The notes beneath the pieces were generated by a model. It worked only from the letters and a program-made list of their open reading frames with translations. It ran no database searches and had not been told where the DNA came from. Shown piece by piece: positions 8,930 to 18,300 of a DNA stretch of 64,000 nt. Origin of the DNA: Gemmatimonadales bacterium (lineage in GTDB: Bacteria > Gemmatimonadota > Gemmatimonadetes > Gemmatimonadales > GWC2-71-9); NCBI GenBank assembly GCA_037189525.1, contig JBBCJC010000002.1, positions 640,001 to 704,000 on the forward strand, given 5' to 3'. Both the position numbers and the translations under genes were made by a program. The stretch's first letter is position 1, and every line of letters starts with the position of its first letter.

Positions 8930-10324
8930 TCACGGCTTCGACAGCAGTTCTTCCAGGAACTCGGCCACTCGCGGATCGCGCGACTGCGAAAGCCAGAAGA
9001 TGGCCTTCTTGCGCAGCTCCGGTTCGTTGTCGCTGCGGGCGATCTCGATCAGCTTGTCGACGGCGCCTCGCTCCCTGCGCTGCGAGTAGGCAAAGATCAG
9101 CTGCTCCCGGATGGCGCGTTCGTCGATCTGGTTGTACAGCGCAAAGAGTTCGGGCAGGCCGGTGCCGCCGGACTGGCTGATCCAGAAGATGGCGCGCTTC
9201 CGAATCTCGAGATCCTCGCGGTTGTCCCGGGCAATGTTCAGCAGCCAGGCCTGGGCTTCGGTGCCGCCCTGCTGCGAGACGGCAAAGACGATTTTGTCCT
9301 TGATGGCGCGTTCGGACGACGACCGGAAAATCCCCTGCAGGAACTCGATGTTGTTGCCGCCGCCGGTCTGGCCGAGCCAGAAGATGGCGCTCTCGCGCAG
9401 CTTGGTCGGCGCGCCGGTGCGGACGGCATAGTCGCGGAGCGCGCGATTGGCGTTGGTCGAGCCGATCTGCGACAGGGCAAAGATCGCCTTGTCCTGCACG
9501 GCGGCGTCGCTGGAGGATTTGAGCAGCGAGTCGAGCGCAGCAACCGCCCGGTCGCCCCCGGCCTGCCCCAGCCAGAAGACGGCCTGCTCCCGCACCTCGG
9601 CGTCCGGATCGGAGCGGACCGCATCGAGCAGCATGGTTTCGGAGCCGCGCTGCTGCGAAATCAGGAAGACCGCGCGGCGCCGGAGGCAGGTCGAGGCGTC
9701 GTCGCGCCGGGCCATGATCTTCTGGAGGATCGGCATGGCGCGATCGGAGTCCATCTGCAGCAGCGCATCCAGCGCCGCCACCCGCTCATCATTGCGCTGC
9801 TCCCGGCAGGCAGACTTGCTCACCGAGCGTCCTCGATCCCGCTCGGCGCGGGCCCGGGCAGCGTCCCGCTCGGCGTCCGCCTGCTGCGTGGTGGCTTCGG
9901 CCAGGGCCTGGACCTCGGATGCCGCCCGGGCGTCGCCCCGCTGTGCCAGCTGGGCATTGACGCGGGCCAACAGTGTGGTGGCATCGTCCCGGGTCCGAGC
10001 GTTCGGATGGGCCGCCCGCTGGGCCATCAGAGCGGTCCGGGCCGCCTCGAGGCTCGCATTGGTGCCGTTCCGGTACTGCGCCCAGGCCTCCCAGTAGTAC
10101 GAGTCGGCCGCGTAGCTCGAGCGCGGATGACGGCCGTAGACCTCGGCGAACAGATAGGCCGCCCGGGTGTAGCTGCCGCGGTTGAGCGCGGAGCGGCCTT
10201 CGCGGTAGAGAGAGTCGGCCGGATCCTGGGCTGCCCAGGCGGCGGGCGGACCGCCCGCGCCGTCGGGGAATTGGGCCAGGCCCGGCAGGGCGGCCGCGAT
10301 CGCCAGTATGGTGATGAAGCGCAT
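8930..10324 (-). CDS. Secreted TPR + HEAT-repeat protein
   Basis: Signal peptide; BamD/YfiO-like TPR (ADSLYREGRSALNRG); about 8-9 HEAT-like repeats R..AIF(W/A)LSQ. Confidence 0.8.
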   Translation of the reverse strand: MRFITILAIAAALPGLAQFPDGAGGPPAAWAAQDPADSLYREGRSALNRGSYTRAAYLFAEVYGRHPRSSYAADSYYWEAWAQYRNGTNASLEAARTALMAQRAAHPNARTRDDATTLLARVNAQLAQRGDARAASEVQALAEATTQQADAERDAARARAERDRGRSVSKSACREQRNDERVAALDALLQMDSDRAMPILQKIMARRDDASTCLRRRAVFLISQQRGSETMLLDAVRSDPDAEVREQAVFWLGQAGGDRAVAALDSLLKSSSDAAVQDKAIFALSQIGSTNANRALRDYAVRTGAPTKLRESAIFWLGQTGGGNNIEFLQGIFRSSSERAIKDKIVFAVSQQGGTEAQAWLLNIARDNREDLEIRKRAIFWISQSGGTGLPELFALYNQIDERAIREQLIFAYSQRRERGAVDKLIEIARSDNEPELRKKAIFWLSQSRDPRVAEFLEELLSKP

Positions 10325-10341
10325 GGGTGATGTCTCCAGAT

Positions 10342-10986
10342 CTATAGGGTCAAGCCACCCGGTCCGGCCGGCACCGCGTGGCGGAGCCGGGGACGGATGG
10401 CACGGTTGGACAGGTTCTCGTCGATCAGGTCCCGGTCGATCTGCGAGCCGTTGCCGTCGAGCTGGGCCACCTGGACCAGGAGTGTCTCGAGATCGGTGAG
10501 CAGCGCGCGGATGGCCGGATCGGTCAGTCGCTTGGAGTCGAGCAGGAGCTGGGTCTTGGTCAGCAGGCCCCGGGCGTTGAGGGCGATTTCGCGCTCATTG
10601 CCGGAGTCGAGGTCGGTCAACAGGGCTTCGATCTGGCCCAGGTGCTCGACGGCGGCGTAGTGCATCACCCGCTCGCCGCGGCGGTCGAGGTCGGCAGCGG
10701 CCTGATCGGCCGTGATCGGCCTGGTCAGGTCGGCCGAGACCCAGCGTCCGATCCCCACGCCCAGGATCAGGACCGCCGCGAGGGCCGCGACCGCGCCGAC
10801 CCATCGGATCCGCCGGCGGCGAGCCGCTTCCAGGTCGAACACCGGGACCGAGCCCCCGGCCCGGGCTGCCCGCCGCTGGGCCTGGATATGAGTCCAGATC
10901 TCTTCCCGGGGGGTCGTTGGAGGCTCCCGGAACCCGCGGGCCAGGTCGGCCAGTTTCGGGTCGAGTTCATCGCGATCATCGGTCAT
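10342..10986 (-). CDS. Putative single-pass anti-sigma factor
   Basis: Start overlaps the ECF stop; P.EEIW..I motif, TM (AVAALAAVLILGVGIG), periplasmic helical domain. Confidence 0.7.
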   Translation of the reverse strand: MTDDRDELDPKLADLARGFREPPTTPREEIWTHIQAQRRAARAGGSVPVFDLEAARRRRIRWVGAVAALAAVLILGVGIGRWVSADLTRPITADQAAADLDRRGERVMHYAAVEHLGQIEALLTDLDSGNEREIALNARGLLTKTQLLLDSKRLTDPAIRALLTDLETLLVQVAQLDGNGSQIDRDLIDENLSNRAIRPRLRHAVPAGPGGLTL

Positions 10987-11561
10987 TGTGTCACCCATCC
11001 TCCCGCAAATGCCGCCAATGCCTGCCGCAGCTTCGATCGGGCCCGGCTCAACTGGGCCTTCGAGGTGCCTTCCTGAATCCCCAGCGAGCTGGCGATCTCG
11101 CTGTGGGTGTACCCCTCGACGTCGTGCATCACGAACACGGTCCGATACCCGTCCGGCAGCCCCGCCACGGCGCGATCCAGGCTCACCTTGAGGTCCGGCT
11201 CGCCGTGAGGCAAGGCGGGCACCGGGATCTCGACCAGCTCGAAGTCGACGCTGTTCGCCCGGAATCGCTTGGTCTTCCGGAGCGCGTTGTAGATCACCGA
11301 GTACGCCACGCTGGTGATCCAGGTCGACAGGGCCGCCTCGCCGCGGAAGGTGGCCAGCCGGTCGAAGACCCGGATGAACGCCTCCTGGGTACAGTCGGCC
11401 GCCAGCTCCGAGTCGCCGGTCAGCCTGAACGCGAGCCGGTACACCCGGTCCACGTGCAGGTCGTACAGCTCCCGCTCGGCAAGGGGGTCGCCACCCAGGA
11501 CTCGGCTGACCAGGTCAGTAACGCTCACGAGACTCCGCAATCGAGGTAGCGAACCCGCCAT
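10983..11561 (-). CDS. ECF sigma factor (sigma-70 group 4)
   Basis: Region 2 AADCTQEAFIR...FRGEAALSTW; region 4 LP..YRTVFVMHDVEGYTHSEIA...GTSKAQLSRAR; start uncertain. Confidence 0.92.
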   Translation of the reverse strand: MAGSLPRLRSLVSVTDLVSRVLGGDPLAERELYDLHVDRVYRLAFRLTGDSELAADCTQEAFIRVFDRLATFRGEAALSTWITSVAYSVIYNALRKTKRFRANSVDFELVEIPVPALPHGEPDLKVSLDRAVAGLPDGYRTVFVMHDVEGYTHSEIASSLGIQEGTSKAQLSRARSKLRQALAAFAGGWVTQ

Positions 11562-11570
11562 TACGACCCT

Positions 11571-11598
11571 ATGACAGGATCCTGAATGGAAAGGTTGC
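11571..11598 (-). promoter_or_regulatory. Putative ECF autoregulatory promoter GCAACC-N17-GTCAT
   Basis: Minus strand GCAACC (11598-11593), 17 nt, GTCAT (11575-11571), 9 nt before the ECF ATG; fits the general ECF AAC/GTC pattern. Confidence 0.55.
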
Positions 11599-11689
11599 GT
11601 GGCCTGGTTGGACCAGGTACACAGGCCGGTCAAACATGGTAGTCAAACATTGGGTTGATAATTGAATGAATGAATCATTTATTATTGTA

Positions 11690-12454
11690 ATGGCAAGATC
11701 GAAAGCACCAGGGAGACTGGACGACATCACCGCTGCGGCACTGTGGGCCTTTGCCGACGCCGGCTACGACCGGACCAAGATCGCGCATGTCGCTGCCAGA
11801 GCTGGAGTTGGGCCAGGGACGGTCTATCTCTACGCCAAAGACAAAGAGGCGCTCTTCGAGCTCGTGCTGCTCCGGGCGCTCGAAAGTCCCGTCGTTTCCC
11901 ATCCCAGCCTGCCCTATCGGAAGACCGATCGAGCCGCCCGGAGCCGATTGATCGATGAATGCCTCCACGAAGTGGCGCACTTTCCTCAGCTGTGGATCGG
12001 GAGTCAGCGACGCCGCTACGACGGCGCCCGAGAGGAGTATGTAGGGATACTACTCGAAATGGCCCGGTGGTTCCGCCGCTATCGGGCGGCGATCCTGCTC
12101 GCGCAACGCAACCGGTACGACTGGCCCGAGCTGTTCGAGGCGTTCGACCGCGTGGTCTGGAGCGACGTGCAGCGCCGGCTGACGGGGTACCTGACCTCCC
12201 GGATGCGAGCCGGAGTTTTGGCCGTCGCCGGGGACCCTGGGCTGGTGGCGCGGTTCGCGGTCGACGCGCTGGTCTCGGGGCTGGTGGCCGGACCCGTATC
12301 CGGAAGCACTCCCGAACGTCCCGGCGACGATGAGGTCCTGGTTACCCTGATCAGCTCGGCGCTCCTGTCACCCTCGGCCGGCCAACCGCTGGCTCGTCCT
12401 GCGGCCTCCGATGCGACCGGCTCCATCCAGCTGCTATCCGACGAGATCGACTGA
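11690..12454 (+). CDS. TetR/AcrR family regulator
   Basis: N-terminal HTH AALWAFADAGYDRTKIAHVAARAGVGPGTVYLYAKDKEALF; AT-rich upstream region with AATGA-A-TCATT palindrome (11669-11679). Confidence 0.88.
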   Translation: MARSKAPGRLDDITAAALWAFADAGYDRTKIAHVAARAGVGPGTVYLYAKDKEALFELVLLRALESPVVSHPSLPYRKTDRAARSRLIDECLHEVAHFPQLWIGSQRRRYDGAREEYVGILLEMARWFRRYRAAILLAQRNRYDWPELFEAFDRVVWSDVQRRLTGYLTSRMRAGVLAVAGDPGLVARFAVDALVSGLVAGPVSGSTPERPGDDEVLVTLISSALLSPSAGQPLARPAASDATGSIQLLSDEID

Positions 12455-12478
12455 GGCGCAGGCTCAGCCGAGACCCGT

Positions 12479-14113
12479 TCAGGGTACCTGCTGCCAGGTC
12501 CGGCCCATTCGGGCCAGGACGGCGGCGTAGAGTTCGATCCCATCCCAGAGGTTCTGGAGTCGAAGATTTTCGTTTTCGCCGTGCTGGTTGTTGTCGTGAT
12601 TCACGATCGGCAGGACGGCGAACTGGGCGCCCAGCACCTGGACGAACTCGGACAGGGGCAGGCTGCCGCCCAGGGTAGGTACCCGCATAATGGGCGTGCC
12701 GAGAAACTCATCGACGGCCGCCAGGAGAGCGCGGGAACCGGGGCCGTCGACCGCCGTTCGGGCTGAGGGATAGCCGCCGAGCCAGTTGAGGCGGATGATT
12801 CGGGGGTGGGCACGCCGGGTGGCCGAATCGGGTACCTCGGAGACGATATGGAAGCCCTGATCGCGGATGTGGCGTTCGACCACGCTGCGCACCCGCTCCG
12901 GCGTCTGATTGGGCACCAACCGGAAGTCCAGGTAGGCGGCGGCTTCCGGGACGATCACGTTGGCGCCGCCGCCGGCCGCGCGGCCACCGCTCAACCCGCT
13001 CATGTTGAGGGCCGGGAGGGCGATCTGCTCCGCGAGTGAAGCCGGGGCTCCCTCGGTGCGGCCGATCTGGATCTCCCCGGTCAGTTGCCGTTCGACCGCG
13101 GGAATCGAACCGAGCGCCTCGCGTTCCGCCGCAGACAGCGGCACCACGTCGTCCATGAATCCCGGAATCGTGATCCGGCCCTCGGTGTCCCGCATCGAGG
13201 CCAGCAGGTGGACCAGCATGGCATTGGCGTTGGGCGCCCAGTTGCCGTAGTGCCCGCTGTGCAGCGGACGAATCGGCCCGTACACGGTGAGGTCGAGTCC
13301 GGTGACACCGCGAACGCCGAAGACGGCCTGCGGTGCACGGGTCTGATGGACCGGGCCGTCGCCGAAGATCCAATAGTCGGCTTCGAGCAGGGCGCGATGC
13401 TTGGTGAGCATGGCGCGGAGGTTGGAAGAGCCTGCCTCTTCCTCGCCCTCGAAAAAGAACTTCAGGTTGACCGACAGCGGCATTCCGGCCGCCCGCAGCG
13501 CATCGATGGCATGCAGCACTGCGACGATCGGTCCTTTGTCGTCGCTCACCCCTCGGGCATAGAGGCGGGCCTCCGGGTCGAACCGTCCGTCGACTCCGGC
13601 CAGGTCGAGTCGTTTCGCTGCCGAGCCTGGAAATCCCGTGCGCAGGACGGGCTGCCACGGCGAACTGGCCCATCGGGTCGAGTCGACCGGCTGGCCATCG
13701 TAGTGGGCGTAGAACACCACGGTCCGGGTCGCGCCCGGGGTGCGCAGTTCGCCGTAGACGGCCGGAGGCGTATCGTCGAGCTCGAGAATCCTGGCCGAGA
13801 TGCCTCGGCGTTCCATCATCCCGACCAGGTGGCGGGCATTGGTGCGGATATCGTCGAGGTTGGAGGCCACGTTCGGGAGGGCGACGAAATCGGCGAGTTC
13901 CCGCACGATGGCGGCCTCGTGCCTGACCCGGTACTGGCGGATTTCGTTTCGGAGATCAGATTGCGCCGAGAGCGCGGCGCTCTGAGCGGCCAGGAGGAAG
14001 AGCGCGGCCCAGCCGCTCGTCCGTCCGGGCTGCCGGCCGATTCGAAACCGGCCCCGGAACGGGCTCGTACGCTGCGGGTGGTGCGCGATCGAGGCGCCGG
14101 TGGCATCATCCAT
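12479..14113 (-). CDS. M20/M25/M40 metallo-hydrolase (ArgE/DapE-like), secreted
   Basis: YAHYDGQP, ARGVSDDKG, EGEEE, HSGHYGNWAPN, NQHGENENLR; start uncertain. Confidence 0.88.
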   Translation of the reverse strand: MDDATGASIAHHPQRTSPFRGRFRIGRQPGRTSGWAALFLLAAQSAALSAQSDLRNEIRQYRVRHEAAIVRELADFVALPNVASNLDDIRTNARHLVGMMERRGISARILELDDTPPAVYGELRTPGATRTVVFYAHYDGQPVDSTRWASSPWQPVLRTGFPGSAAKRLDLAGVDGRFDPEARLYARGVSDDKGPIVAVLHAIDALRAAGMPLSVNLKFFFEGEEEAGSSNLRAMLTKHRALLEADYWIFGDGPVHQTRAPQAVFGVRGVTGLDLTVYGPIRPLHSGHYGNWAPNANAMLVHLLASMRDTEGRITIPGFMDDVVPLSAAEREALGSIPAVERQLTGEIQIGRTEGAPASLAEQIALPALNMSGLSGGRAAGGGANVIVPEAAAYLDFRLVPNQTPERVRSVVERHIRDQGFHIVSEVPDSATRRAHPRIIRLNWLGGYPSARTAVDGPGSRALLAAVDEFLGTPIMRVPTLGGSLPLSEFVQVLGAQFAVLPIVNHDNNQHGENENLRLQNLWDGIELYAAVLARMGRTWQQVP

Positions 14114-14141
14114 GGCAGTTACCGTCATCGAGAAAGCGGAC

Positions 14142-14513
14142 ATGGCCAATTCTTCCGACAAGAGTCGTGCGGTTACCCTGATTCTCGGCCTGACGCTCGG
14201 CGTGTTTGGTGCGCATCGTTTCTATGCCGGCAAGATCGGCACGGGACTGCTGATGCTGGCGACCGTCGGCGGCTGCGGCATCTGGTATCTGATCGACAAC
14301 GTCATGATCGCGACGGGCGGTTTCCGCGACGCCGACGGCAAGCTGATTTCCCGCTGGGAACCCGAAGGTGATACCCTGGGTACCGGCGTGCCGCAGGAGC
14401 TGCTCGACGAGATCTATGCGCTGCGCACCGAGGTCAACGAACTCCACGAGCGGGTCGAGTTCAACGAGCGCCTCCTGGCGGAACGGAGCGCGGACCGACC
14501 GGAAGATCGTTAG
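14142..14513 (+). CDS. TM2-domain membrane protein with C-terminal coiled coil
   Basis: LGVFGAHRFYAGKIGTG...GGCGIWYLID TM2 motif; EL.ERVEF.ERLL tail; alternative start at 14112. Confidence 0.85.
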   Translation: MANSSDKSRAVTLILGLTLGVFGAHRFYAGKIGTGLLMLATVGGCGIWYLIDNVMIATGGFRDADGKLISRWEPEGDTLGTGVPQELLDEIYALRTEVNELHERVEFNERLLAERSADRPEDR

Positions 14514-15318
14514 GCACCGTTCCGGTCTGCTCGACGATAATCTGATCGCCCACCCGCAGGGTGCCCGTGCCGCGGTGCGCCACGTTCATGCCGAACATCA
14601 CGCCCTTGGTATGCTTGCGGAACCCGGCCAGGGCTCGGAGCGGTTCCTTGCTGCGCACGCCGGTATCCTGGTCGGTGGTGGTAATCGGGCAGCGGGCGCA
14701 CAGCTTGAGACCTTCGAAACGAATTCCCCCGACAGAAAAACCACGCCACTGATCCTCCGCGAAGGGAGCGCTGCCCCGCACCACGAGGTTGGGCCGGAAG
14801 CGGTTCATCGGCAGGGGCGTTTCGAGGCGGCGATTCAGGTCCTCCAGCGATGCCTCGCCGATCACCAGAAGCGGAAAACCGTCGGCGAAGCTCACCCGGG
14901 CACCGACCGGGTCGTATTCCGGATCGGTGCGGCGGAATCCGTCGTCCGGGATGTAGGCCAGTCGGAATGAGGCGCCGAGTGCCTGGCTGATCCATTCGGC
15001 GGCGGTGGCGCCCAGGTCGACGCCGTCGGTCACGTCGCCCCAGATCGTCATCCGGCGGGTCGGACTGCCGGGCGCCGGACGCGGTACGACGAGCGGTGCC
15101 AGGTTGGGGGCCGACAAGGTGACCGCCTCCTCCGACGGCACCGCGCCGATCATGCAGAGCTTCGGGATCTCCCGCTGGGTCACAAAGCCCCCATCGGCAT
15201 CGGTCACCATCCATCGCCGATCGTCCCTGGGTCCGAAATGGTCCAGGTCAACGTGGTCGAGTGACAGTCCCCGACCGCTCTTGAGCGGGTAGATGTGGAG
15301 TGAGGCGATGGTGATCAT
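14461..15318 (-). CDS. MOSC-domain protein (YcbX/mARC-like, no ferredoxin domain)
   Basis: IASLHIYPLKS, DRRWM, FADGFP, MNRFRPNLVV, CARC; 3' end overlaps the TM2 gene. Confidence 0.9.
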   Translation of the reverse strand: MITIASLHIYPLKSGRGLSLDHVDLDHFGPRDDRRWMVTDADGGFVTQREIPKLCMIGAVPSEEAVTLSAPNLAPLVVPRPAPGSPTRRMTIWGDVTDGVDLGATAAEWISQALGASFRLAYIPDDGFRRTDPEYDPVGARVSFADGFPLLVIGEASLEDLNRRLETPLPMNRFRPNLVVRGSAPFAEDQWRGFSVGGIRFEGLKLCARCPITTTDQDTGVRSKEPLRALAGFRKHTKGVMFGMNVAHRGTGTLRVGDQIIVEQTGTVPNDLPVGPRSVPPGGAR

Positions 15319-15391
15319 CGAGGAGCGTTGGTTCGGAAGCAACGGAATGTAACCTCGACGCAGACGGACCGTCGAACGGTCCCGCACGGGA

Positions 15392-18300
15392 TCAGGAAGG
15401 TGGCCTGTCCTCCTCGGTAGCGTTGGGAGGAAGGGGTGCGAACGATCGGGCATTCGCTACGTCCTGTTGCAGCTCAGCCCACGCGTCGCTCGATGGATTG
15501 GTCGTCCGTGCCAGGGTCTCGAGTTCGGCGACTACCGAGGCATGCTGCTTCCAGTCGTTCCGCGAGGCGCGGGCGAGCGCGACCAGCGCGCGGGCAATCT
15601 CCCGCCGAGTCGCGCCGCTTCCATTGTTGTCGGTCCATCCGGCGATCTCCTGCATCTCCGTCACGACGTCACGGATTGCCGAGGCATTGTCGCCGAGGGC
15701 TTCGGCCAGAAACCGTCGCGCCTGCACGCGCTCGGACACGATTACGTGATCGGACCGGTAGCATTCATGCGCGGCCCATCTATCGAGATGCTGGATGGCG
15801 TTTTGGCACGAGACGAGATCGAAGTTCGACGCATCTGCGAATGCCACATGACGCCAGGCGCGGGCCGCCTCGAGGACGAAGGGGCGTTTTGCGTCGTCCG
15901 ACGTCAGGTCAACGGTTGCTGCGGTTCGGGTGATGGCTGCTTCGACCTCGGTGGCGGCTTCCCGACAACGTTCCGCGTCATGTTGCAAGGAGCGGCCAAG
16001 CGCGAGACTGCGCGTCGCACTCACCCATTCCAACATGAGTGCCGGAGTGGCCGATGCCGCCAGCCGATCGATCGTCATGTCGAGAGTCGTCAGGACGTCC
16101 TGACACGCCACCAGATCACCCGCCAGGCCATAGGCAAAAGCGAGATGGCGATATGCTTGCGCGGACTCCAAAACGATTTCGGGATCCGCAGAGTGCGGTG
16201 GTTGCCCTACCTCCCTCTCGATCGCGTCCACCACTGCCTTGCACCGCACGGAGTCGGCGCGCTCACTATATGCATACGCCAACATGCGCCGAGCCTTCGC
16301 ACGTTCCGCTACGAACGAGCGATGTGTCCAATAGGGCGCTTCCTCGCCGGTGGCCTCGACGGTAGCGACGGCCGCACGGCATTCGGCAATCTCGCCGGCT
16401 GTACTATGAACGTACGCCAGATGGCGCCAGCCCATGGCCCGTTGTTCCTGGAATCGCCAATCGGTCAGGTACGGCGCGCTTCCGACGATCTGTTCGTTGC
16501 GTTCGAGTACCGCCCGGCACCGGGCGGCCTCTCCCTGCATGCTGTACACAAAGGCGAGATGACGGCGCGCTCTGACACACTCCAGAAGGACTTCACGATC
16601 CGTGTCGTAGGGCGGGTGATTAGCCATGGCGACGACTTCGGCCACCGTCACTTCGCACATTGCGGTATCGCCCGCCTCGCTGTAGGCAAACACTAAGGAT
16701 CTTCGCGCCTTGGCAAGATCCAAATGACAGGCACGCATCGCTCGGTACGGATCCCGACCGACAACGGCGCTGATCGCCTGGACGATCTCCTCGCACTCTC
16801 GGATCTTGGCATTGGAGCTGTACGCAAATGCCAGGAAACGCCACGCCTGTACCAGCTCGGGTATGAGGTCGGGGTCGTTGGCCTCATGAACGACCTTTGC
16901 CATCTGTTCGACGCACTCACGGCACGATCTCACATCCGAAGTCTGGCTGTAGCAGTAGGCCAGATGTCGATATGCCAGGACGTAGTCTTCGCGGTGTTCC
17001 GCGGTGACCCGATCCGATTCCGATTCGAAGATCTCCGCAGCGAGATCCACGACGCTCCGGCACTCGTCCGGACGCCCGGCTTCACTCAGCATGAATGCCC
17101 AGGTCCGAAGCGCTGCGAGCAACGACCGTCGATTGGACGCGGGAGCAATCCGAATCCCGGTGTCGATCAGTCTCCGAACCGATTCGACGACTGGGCCCGA
17201 AAACTCTCCCGCCGCGGCCAGGCGGCTCGCCGCCGTAATCACTCCGATCCGGTCGAGCGGTGAAAGGTTCGCGCCGAGGAGTGCAATGGCATCCAGTTCA
17301 CGCGCGAATGCGGCGGCCTCCGCAGCTGCCGAGATCGGCGGAAGACCCTGCTGAATGAGTGTGACGAGCTGATGGCAGTCCTGAATCAGCCGCGCTCCGG
17401 CTTCGACCGTGCCTGCTCTTCCAGCGCCATGCCGAGCAAGCACCAGGCCGAGCAACGCAATGGTCGGAGCTTCCACCCGCGATGGGCTCTTGTCGACTGA
17501 AACGTCCAAAAGGGTACCCGTCATGTCGACCGTTTGACCGGCCTTTTGGGGTCCTGATGGTGTATCCATCCCGCCGCGTTCCACGGCGTCAACGAATACG
17601 GCGAACAGCCGGCAGGCGACATCGGTGCGGATCCGCTCGTCGGCGATCCGCTCGAGCAAGCCATCGATCAAGCCGTGGATCTCGGTCGGCGGACGCTCGC
17701 CGGCCAATCCGATCTCGAGATAGGCATGAGCCACGAGCGAAATGGTCTCGACATCGTGGCCCTGAATGGTCGGCGGAGTACGCAATGCCTCCGCAAGCGC
17801 ATCGTCGGCGCCCGCCAGGCGGGCAGCCGCCCGCACCCAGCCCAGTGGACGCGCGATGAATCCCACGTCCGAGATGGCCTGTGCCGACTCCTTCGGTGTC
17901 TGCCGCTCGATCACGGATCGCACGAAGCGGTCGGCGATCAGCGCCGGACGAAGGCCGGGAAGCGTCTGCGCCAGATCGACGCCGCGCCGCGCTTCTACCG
18001 GAAAGGCCCGCTCCAGCACGTCCTTGGGCGGTACCCGCTGATTGAAGGCCTTGGCCACCGGAGCAATCGGACACCCGGGCCCGACCAGGATGCCGCACGC
18101 GAGGGTGCGCATCGTGTCCATGTCGTCGACGGCGACTTTCGCGACCTCGAGCGCTCGCACGATTCGGCGGACCCGGTGTTCCAGCAGCCCTTCGCGGCTC
18201 ATCTCCGCCAGCGGGCGATCGTCCTTGAGCCATTCGAGCCCGAGTTCGACGAGCAACGGATTGTGTTCGGTGACCTCCAGGAACGTTCTGAGTACGGCGT

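Noticed and set aside
14461..14513. Convergent 3' overlaps (TM2/MOSC, 53 nt; YggX/DUF3187-like, 23 nt at 48810-48832)
   Set aside because: Short tail overlaps are common in compact high-GC genomes; no evidence of function
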